Shown here in pieces: positions 55,694 to 64,000 of a stretch of 64,000 nucleotides of DNA. Location: NCBI RefSeq assembly GCF_009914755.1, contig NC_060942.1, one strand, 5' to 3'. A program made the translations under genes and the position numbers. This DNA comes from the human T2T-CHM13v2.0 reference genome, Homo sapiens. The notes below the pieces were generated by a model. It was not told the origin of the DNA. It saw only the letters and a list, made by a program, of their open reading frames with translations, and ran no database searches. Every line of letters begins with the position of its first letter. Positions within the stretch are counted from its first letter, which is position 1.

Positions 55694-57747
55694 GTAATAT
55701 ATATGTTTGTTAGTAATTTTTAATTAGAAATACTCATGATCATGATAATGTAGGCTATCTAGTATTTAAAAATGCATACTTACATAATATATTTTAAGAA
55801 GTTTAATGCTTTCAGTAGTTATAATGGTTGTTATATAGAAGAAAATTGTAAAAATAAGTTTTTGAATTATATATAATTTGAGGATTTAGCTTTACAATGA
55901 GTTGGACCTTTCCAGATTATATGTTATTATATGTTAAGACACAGCATTACATTTAAAAATTACCTTTATTAAAAACAATAAGTATTTTGAAACATGCATT
56001 GATTATAAGACAAACACAGAATTCTATTCTTGCTTAGCTATTAAATATTTTACTACTGAATTATAGAAGGACACTGATTATCCAGTTAGCAAAGTCAATA
56101 AATATTGTCTCAGGACTAACAATAGAATAATATCTTTTGGTTTCTTAGTATTACCAAAACATCCTTTCGACTTCTGTGACATAGTTTTGTCTACTGAGGC
56201 ATATCAAATGGTTGAATGATAGATAGCAGAGAAGAATTTGATGAATTGTTCAAGGAAAAAAGTAACAGCAATAACAGGGTGACATTCATCATCACATCTG
56301 TGCAAGCATCATTTCACTATGCCTATTGTCATAGAAACAAGCAGGTGTGTTTTTTTAAGCTAGCATTTATTTGAATGCAAATTCCACAAAATTATATGTT
56401 GTAAAGTTTCTAAAAATCGTGGCAAATTCTCATATGGAACCTCTGCTTGAATACCTTTCAGAACTACTGACAAAAGCCTGTAAAGATGAGCTGTCAGACA
56501 GTGATCACCAGTAAACCCCTTCCCTGACCCAACTAGCCTCACATTTATGTTTCCTTGTAATTTTTGAAAATTGGTATTGAAACACACACAAAAATTAATT
56601 CAAAGCTAAGCGAAGAAAGATAAAAGAAAAAAGTTGATTTTTGTACTGTTATTGATGCTGTTCATTGGCTGCTTCATTGTAAAAGAATTGAATATTATGA
56701 AAATTCATGGCTCAGCTTTTATAGAGCTAAGTGTTATAAACAAATCAAACAAGTTCATATTATTTTTTCTCAGTGATGAGAATCTTTTAGTTTTTATTTT
56801 TGGCCCCATTGCCATTTTTAGGTCTCAGTTTTGGGGGATTTTTACCTAGTAACAGGATTTTAAACTAGGAAACATGCAATCTTTGAAATCAACTTTAATT
56901 TCCAAGCCGTAAGTTCACCTGTCCTAAAAGCCACATGTTGCTATCTAGACAGACAGAAAATATTTAACAGATTCTTTCTTTTTAATCCTACAAGAGATAT
57001 ATCTCTGTGTGGTAAGTCACTTTAACATGAAAACAATGGGAATAATAATTCAAAGGAAAAACCCATTAGTCTCTCTGATTCTGCAGCCAGGACTACCCAG
57101 TTGAACACTGATCTAAATACTACTACAATGGGGATGCATGAATGTGTCATAAATCAGGGTTTTAAAAATCAGATATGTGTAAGTAGAACAGATTGGTTCA
57201 GTTTTGTAGGGACCAAAGGGGAAATATGTGATCCAGGCCAAAGTGATTAAATACAAGCTTTCTGGCCAACAAGTCTTTCTCCCTTTCCCATGTTTTCTAC
57301 AAGTAGGAAGGAAGGGAGTCCCCAGCTCCCTCGAGGTAGGTCTTAGGTGGAGTCTCAGGAGGAGCTCTTCTTGAGCTGAAATGCACCTGTGAGCTACGAT
57401 TCACCCAGCCTATGCCAGAGTTTACAACAGGCACATACAGCTTCCTCCCGGAGCTGAAGATACATGTTGACCCAGATTCAGTACCTCTCTGGAGAATCAC
57501 AGACTTCTGAGACAAAATCACGCTAAGGAAATCAAACACTTGCCCCAAAAGAAGCAGGGACCATGGCAACATTGTTTTCTGTCATGGAGTCACATTTGAA
57601 TACTGGTAAAAATCAGAGGGTGAGATAAATTGCCATGGTTGGAAAAAAGTTTAGTAACCAATGACACAGGTGTTTCTTTAAGGGAGGCAGCACACAGGAT
57701 AATTTTTGAAGGAAAGAAGAAAGCACAGATGGAATATTGTTGATGTT

Positions 57748-58131
57748 TGTATTAGGCCGCTCTTGTTTGGCTATAAAGAAATGCCAGAGGCTTGGTAACT
57801 TATAAAGAAAAGAGGTTTAACTGGCTTATGCTTCTGCAGACCGTACAAGCATGGCACTTGCATCTGCTCCAGGCGAGGGTCTCAGGAACCTTATGAATGT
57901 GGCAGAGGGTGAAGGGCAGCAGGCACGTCACATGGCGAGAGCAGGAGCAAGAGAGAGCAAAGTAGGGGGTGCCACACTCTCCTGTGAACTCAGAGCAAGA
58001 ATTCACTCATCACCAAGGGGGTGGCCCAAAGCCGTTCACGAAGGTTCTGCCCACATGACCCAAACACCTCCAACATTGGGAATCTCATTTCAACATGAAA
58101 TTTGAAGGGGACAAACATCCAGACCATATCA
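57748..58131 (-). mobile_element. MSTB-like solo LTR (ERVL-MaLR)
   Basis: tgtattaggcc...ctataaagaaat...ataaagaaaagaggtttaactggct...ggggacaaacatccagaccatatca. Confidence 0.87.
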
Positions 58132-58729
58132 GTGCTGGAAATGAATATGCTGTAGCTTTAGATTATTCTCTGTTCTCTCTTTGCTTATTATGAAAGATAC
58201 ACAAAAGCATTAATGATCAAAAACGGCTGACAGCATTGTTTTTTCCAGGAGTTATGGCAGTTCACAGCCTTACATCATTCTTCTGGTTTTCTTCCTTGCT
58301 TTCTCCTTTTCACTCCTCTGACTCCATTCTCAGCCTTCCAGCACTAGCCTTGCCTCTCTGACCTTGTCTTCGTTCTGGCTCAAGTCCTTCTCGTACGTTA
58401 CCCTCCACCTCAGTCATTTAATTTTGTCAATCATCTTCCTACAACCTGGGTCTGATCATTACACCTTTACTCAGTAGCTATCAAAATCTCTTATTTTGTC
58501 GAGTTGTCAATTTAATACTGCCCTCTGAAAGAATACTTGTAAGTGCAGAAGTATTCAAAATAAAATATCCTTGCTTCCGAATTTTACTTTTCAAATGTAA
58601 CTACTATTAACAGCTAGATACACATCCTTCTAAAATTTTACAAGGTAGAAACTGTAGTGCAAATTCATTAATGAATATAAAATGGATGCAGTTTAATAAA
58701 TATTATCAAACCCAGCATTTTATTACAAG

Positions 58730-59430
58730 AATAAAATACCATATGAGACTCCCACCTCACATCATACAAAAATAAACACCAGATTCATGATCTAAACACA
58801 AAAGTTTAGAAGAACCTTCTAAGAAAAAGGTAGGAAGACATTTTTGTTATATATTTTTCTAAGCTTGATATAAAACTCAGCAGTCATTAAAAATAAAGAT
58901 TGACAGATTTGGTTATATAAAATTTTAAACTTCTGAATGATGAAAGATACCATGAAGGAGGTCTGAGTACAAACAGAAGACTTGGAGAGATTATTTTCAG
59001 CACTTACAGCAGTCAACAGGCTGGTGGCTATAATATATAGAGACCTGCTACGTAGTAATAAGAAAAAAACAAAACACTCTTTTAGGAAATAAAATGGACA
59101 AAGACACTTCAAAAAAAAATTCACCCAGCATGTAAGTATATGGTAAAGTACCTACCCAGCCTTACTAATGATTGAGAAATGGAGTATTACAAGTGATACA
59201 GAAGTTTAAATTTCTATAATATCAAGTGTTAATCAGTGATGTGGAGAAATGTGTACATGCATAGTCTGTTGATGGGAACACACATTTTGCAGTCTTTTTT
59301 TTTGTAGGCAATTAGGGAGATTCTATCAAAATGTAAACATAGTATGCCAAACCTATTTCTAGAAGTTTATTAGTAATACTCCCCAATGTACAAGGATATT
59401 TGCCCAAGTATTTTCATTGTATCCTACTAA
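58730..59430 (+). mobile_element. Ancient L1M ORF2 fragment
   Basis: cccacctcacatcatacaaaaataaac...aaagattgacagatttggttatataaaatttt...gatgtggagaaat. Confidence 0.65.
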
Positions 59431-61597
59431 CTTTACATATCTCTAGTGAGTAAATACCAGACTCCTGGTCATGAGACTAACACATGGATTGTTTTAAAAG
59501 CTTTAGTATGTCTGAGATATTGGAAAAAGACAAAAGTAGAAAAGGTACTGTTCCTTTTCTGTTGAAGTAACTACCCCATCAGCAACCAACTATAGAAAGA
59601 ATGAAATGAGTTCCAAACTTAGGGACTCAATACATGAGTGTGTGACTAGAGTATCAAGTGCAGTTTTGGTTGGGCACTTTAATCAAGTAGAATGGTCTAG
59701 ATTTGCCAGCTGATTGGGACATTCAAGAGTCTAGAGTTGAAGACACCTTAATATCCTTAGCCTGGATAACTGGGCTGTTAGTCACCATCAGCTGAGATAG
59801 GTGGTTATGTAGAGGGAATGAGAATTTAGGGGCCATGTTAAGAAGTTTGTTTTCAATACTCAAGGGCTTCTGTGATCCAACCCAAATCTATATTTATAAC
59901 GCCATCTCCTACTATTTTTCTTCTGGAACTCAATGAGCCATGTATATGAAATTGTCTCTTCGCCAAGAGCCTTCTGAGCCATCACACACCCTGCTTTTGC
60001 TTAGATTCATTCTGCCTGTGCCATCCCATCGCTCTCCTCCTATAGCAGCTCTGCCTATCTTTCAGTATTTTATTCAAGTACTTTACTTTTCCTTGAAATA
60101 TCCTAGGTCCTTTCCTCCCCTAAAATCAGATTTAATTATTCATTCCTTTGTTTTCTCAGAATAATTGCTTAAACCTCAATTAGAGGATGGTGTTTTATGC
60201 TGGCTGGAATTACCATCAACTCACAGTCTAGAAGATTTTGATTCCCCTCTTCTATAACATGCAAGTCAAAGATTGCATGTTATTCTATCTTGGTTTCCCA
60301 TGAATCTCTCAGTTTAGAATTTGAGGCTTTAAGTAGAGAAAGGGAAGACAATTTTGGAAGATTTCAGGCACTTACCTGCAAATCAGAAATCATCCAATAG
60401 AAGCAACAGTTTACTCCATCTCACCCAAATCTAACCCTCACACATGATGTTGAGATCTCAGTTTGCTTTTGACATGGCACCTCCCATAAAATTACTTACA
60501 TCCAACACTGCTGCAGCAACGTTTTTTACAGAGGCTTCATTACAGTTTCCTGGACCTTCAGCCAGGGACAGAGTACAAGTACAGAAGCTTCCAGACTTCC
60601 TTCTTGTAGTTTGCTGCTGTACTGAAGTACTTAACAGGCACTTAATAAGCATGTATTGAATGAACAAGTGGAAAAGTAAAGCTGAAACCATATGGACATT
60701 TGAGTTTGAGCATGGGAGTATATTTTGGTGCCCTTTAGAGCAGCTGCTGAGGTTGGTGAATGTCTACCATCAGCTCTGTGGCAGGCAGTGGGGTTGTAGA
60801 GTTAGAGTGCCCCTGCTGCCGAGAAGCTTTTCTCATTCTGATATTCAGACTCCAGGGCTCTGTGGATGGGTCTGAGATGGGGAAACCCATCACCTTTGTG
60901 ACATTTGGTGGACATATACATGCCCAACATATTTGTTTGTTAGGCGTGAGGGAGAGGATCTGTAATTTTTAGGAGTGCATGAATTAGTGTATACATGTGT
61001 TTTTTAGAAGTAGGAAAGAGAAGGTGTCTAATTTTTACCAAATTGTCAAAGGGCTATGACTGGAAGCCAGCTAAGAACCCCAGTGTTATTTTGCAGCCAC
61101 AAGGCTTTCAGCAAGTCCAAGCCCATCAGCCCTGCTGGAACAACAAGTCCCTTAGTAAAGCGTTTGCTTGATAGTCTCTGTGGGTGGAGCAAAGATCCCA
61201 CTTGTCTTGAGTGTTTACATGAGCGGATGCACACACCCGCTCTCCCCAGGAGTAGTTTTAGGAAAATAGATACTGAGTGCCAAATATTTACTGATCACAG
61301 TGGGATCAGGAAAAGAATAAGACATCAGTCACTCCTCAGAAAGAAGATACAATTACATGAAATGTTCCAATTCCTCTGGTATATTTAAATCATGATTTAA
61401 GATCAAAGAAGAGATTTCACAGTACTCCAAGATTCATTGCCCAGTGAATTGTATGAATAGTCACAACACAGGCATTCAGTGGATCTAGTGATTGTTAGGC
61501 CAGGTTTAGGAAGGCTTTACAGATACACAGAATGAGAACTCTGGATTGGGACATGGATGGGTACTTTTTTTGTCCCAGTCTCATCTTTGGAAACCAA

Positions 61598-61680
61598 CCC
61601 TCCCTCCCTCCCTCCTTTTCTCCCTCCTTCTCTCCCTCCCTCCCTCTCACCCTCCCTCCCTCTCTCCCCTTCTCTCTCTG
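61598..61680. repeat. (CCCT)n / CT-rich low-complexity tract
   Basis: About 80 nt, nearly pure pyrimidine. Confidence 0.9.
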
Positions 61681-61689
61681 CTTTTTTTT

Positions 61690-62870
61690 CATTTGGTTTC
61701 TGTGACAGCTTTCTCTCCTTTGGCTCTCTTCTTGCATTTCTGGCTCTTCTGTTGGCTTCTCCTCCTCTATCCTGTATTAAATACCTACATTCATTAGGGA
61801 GTGGTACCAGGCTCCCTTCTTTTTTTTCTAAACTTCCTTCCCTAGTGACCCCCTCCATTCCAGAATTGAATATCATCTCAATGTTCATCACCCCCAGTCT
61901 TCACTTCCAGCCCAGTCCTTTCAAATCACAGCTTCATGTCATACATGTGTGTCCACCTGACTGCCGTGGGCATTTCCAACTTAGTATGTCCACCTGTGTC
62001 TGTAAATTTCTCCTCATATGTTCCATTCTTTTCGATACATGGGACCGTCTTCTGATCAAGCCCAAAATGGAACCTATCCTTTATTCCATCCTCTTTTTTT
62101 TATATCCAGTCCTTCACTGAGTTCTGTCCATTTTATCTCTAAAAGATGCCAATTCTTTTCATCTCTTGCTGTCTGTACCAGCCCCACCTTATTCCAAGCC
62201 CCTGTATTTTCTCCCTTGTGCTATAGCTCTAGGCCCTGGACTCTGCTGTACTTCCTAGTGCCCTCCCTACTACTTCAATTGCCCCACCAATCAAATCAAC
62301 CTTCCACCTGCAGTCAGGGTGAACTCTTTATAAGGGAAATTAGATCATTTTATTTTCATGCTTAAAAACGTTCAAGGGCTTCCTGTTGTATGTATCCAAA
62401 CTTTTTATCTTGGGGTGCAAAGCACTGTACAGTATGGTCCTACCCACTTCTCAAGCCCCCAAGGAACCACACCGACCTCCTTTCTGTTCATATACTGTGC
62501 CCACTCACTCCCGCTTCACTGCCTTAGTTCCTACTGTTCTTCCCCAAACTCTCAGCATGATTAACTCCTTGGGAAAGTTCAAATCTCTTCAGCTTAACTG
62601 ACATCTCAGTGGGCCCTTCCCCAGCCACTCTAAGTGGCTGTGTAATAACCTCTCTCCCCTGACAGTTCTCCTTATTTTAGCACCCTATTCGTTTCTTCCA
62701 TGGAACTTGGTGTTTTGAAAGTATTCATTTACTTACTGTATGCCTCCCCAGCTCCATCCCACCCTGTCCAGATTCTCAGTTATCTGAAACAGGGCGTGTA
62801 TTTACCTGCTGGCCATGGTGCTTGCAGAGTGTCAGTGTTCAATCAATGTTTGAATAAAGTAAATGAATCT
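61690..62870 (+). mobile_element. L2 fossil
   Basis: gggcatttccaacttagtatgtcc...tcatgcttaaaaacgttcaagggcttcc...tgttcaatcaatgtttgaataaagtaaatgaat. Confidence 0.7.
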
Positions 62871-63214
62871 GAATAGGTAGAAAACATGGAAACAGAGCTA
62901 ACTGTCTCATGTTCCAGGCAGGTGAAAGCTTACGAGCAAAAGCAGTGTCAGAAAAGCCCCATTAGTGTTTGTAGGGCAGTTAGTCTTTATCCTCTGACCA
63001 GAACAGAAAGGAATATAATGGTGTAGTATCACAGATTCAGAAGTAAGTTTGGAGAAGGTGAGAGCAAAACTAAGGAGTTTGGGCTTTCTCTCGTATGCAT
63101 TTATGTTTCATTAAGGTTTCTAGACAGGCAATAAAATGAATGAGAACACTAAGCTAGCCACGGTGGGCAGCGTCAGTCCTCATTTTAATTATACTTTGTC
63201 ATAGTTGTTGGATC

Positions 63215-63365
63215 ACTTCTCCCCTTCCCCTACCAGACTGATACCTCCTTCGGGGAAGGTACGATTCCTAAAGCACCATGCAAGACCCCAGCTCCGAACA
63301 CAGTGCTTGGCACATGAGAGGGGCTCAATGAATATGTTTCAAATGTGTGGGTGAATTAGTGAGTA
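63215..63365 (+). mobile_element. L2 3' end fragment
   Basis: taccagactgatacctccttcgggg...acacagtgcttggcacatgagaggggctcaatgaatatgttt. Confidence 0.6.
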
Positions 63366-64000
63366 AACATTGGAAGCAATTATGCATTCATAATAGAGGT
63401 TTAGATCCGTCTCCTCCAAACTGCCTTGTTCCCTGGAGGTATCCGAATGGAGGACCAAGTAATCATACAGCGGTTACATCGCTGACGTCCTTCGCTCAGC
63501 CACTAGGGGGTAGATTGGCTTTGTCTCTTCTTGACTTCCTTAACCTTGCAGAGGAAGTCTGTTAGAGGATTAACAATAGATACTCTGCATGACTCCAATA
63601 GTGTCATGCAGTGCAGTGATTAATATATATAGCAAACAGTTTTCTTGCTAAAGCTTAGTTGATTCAATCTAAATATTCTTTCAGAGAGGTCTTCCTAATT
63701 GTAATGACATGGTATAAATATAAGAAGAAAGAATGTCAATTATCACTTCGTATAATAACAGTGTTAGTGTTCATGCACATAAATTACAAGTAAGTTTACC
63801 TATTTAAAAGCAAGAAAAGTGCTCAGTTTTGCAATTTAAAACTTTCGAATATGCCACATTTTAAAATTATGTCATTACAACCAGTAGAAGTTAGTAATCA
63901 CCACTAAAGTGCATGTTCTTGAATAGTTGATGAACTACTCATAGTGAAATTCTTTAAAATATCATTTGAAAGGGTAGGATTTAAAGGCACCTATGTTATA

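Noticed and set aside
61495-62120. ORFs up to 187 aa
   Set aside because: They are produced by the (CCCT)n tract and an L2 fossil.

Overview
Human (great-ape-type) genomic DNA, AT-rich and repeat-dense, lying inside the receptor tyrosine phosphatase gene PTPRM (RPTP-mu) on the + strand. Only two PTPRM coding exons are visible: 48815-49123 (309 bp, one whole fibronectin type III domain) and 55584-55693 (110 bp). By recollection these are exons 8 and 9; I could not verify the numbering. The rest is intron, filled with Alus, old L1/L2/MIR fossils, MaLR and ERV1 LTRs, Tigger/hAT MITEs, microsatellites and a 29-bp minisatellite. The dominant element is a nearly full-length L1PA2-type LINE-1 (36555-42592) antisense to PTPRM, with intact ORF1, intact antisense ORF0 and an ORF2 carrying three lesions. 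The best candidate for new biology is this L1. Its antisense promoter points down the gene, and the first ORF0 splice donor (phase 1) matches the phase of the next PTPRM exon about 6.5 kb away. That predicts an in-frame ORF0-PTPRM fusion lacking the signal peptide and N-terminal adhesion domains. The L1's antisense poly(A) signal could also truncate upstream transcripts ('gene breaking'). This is a prediction from sequence only, with no expression evidence. Repeat subfamily names come from recalled consensus sequences, and the boundaries of old repeats are approximate.
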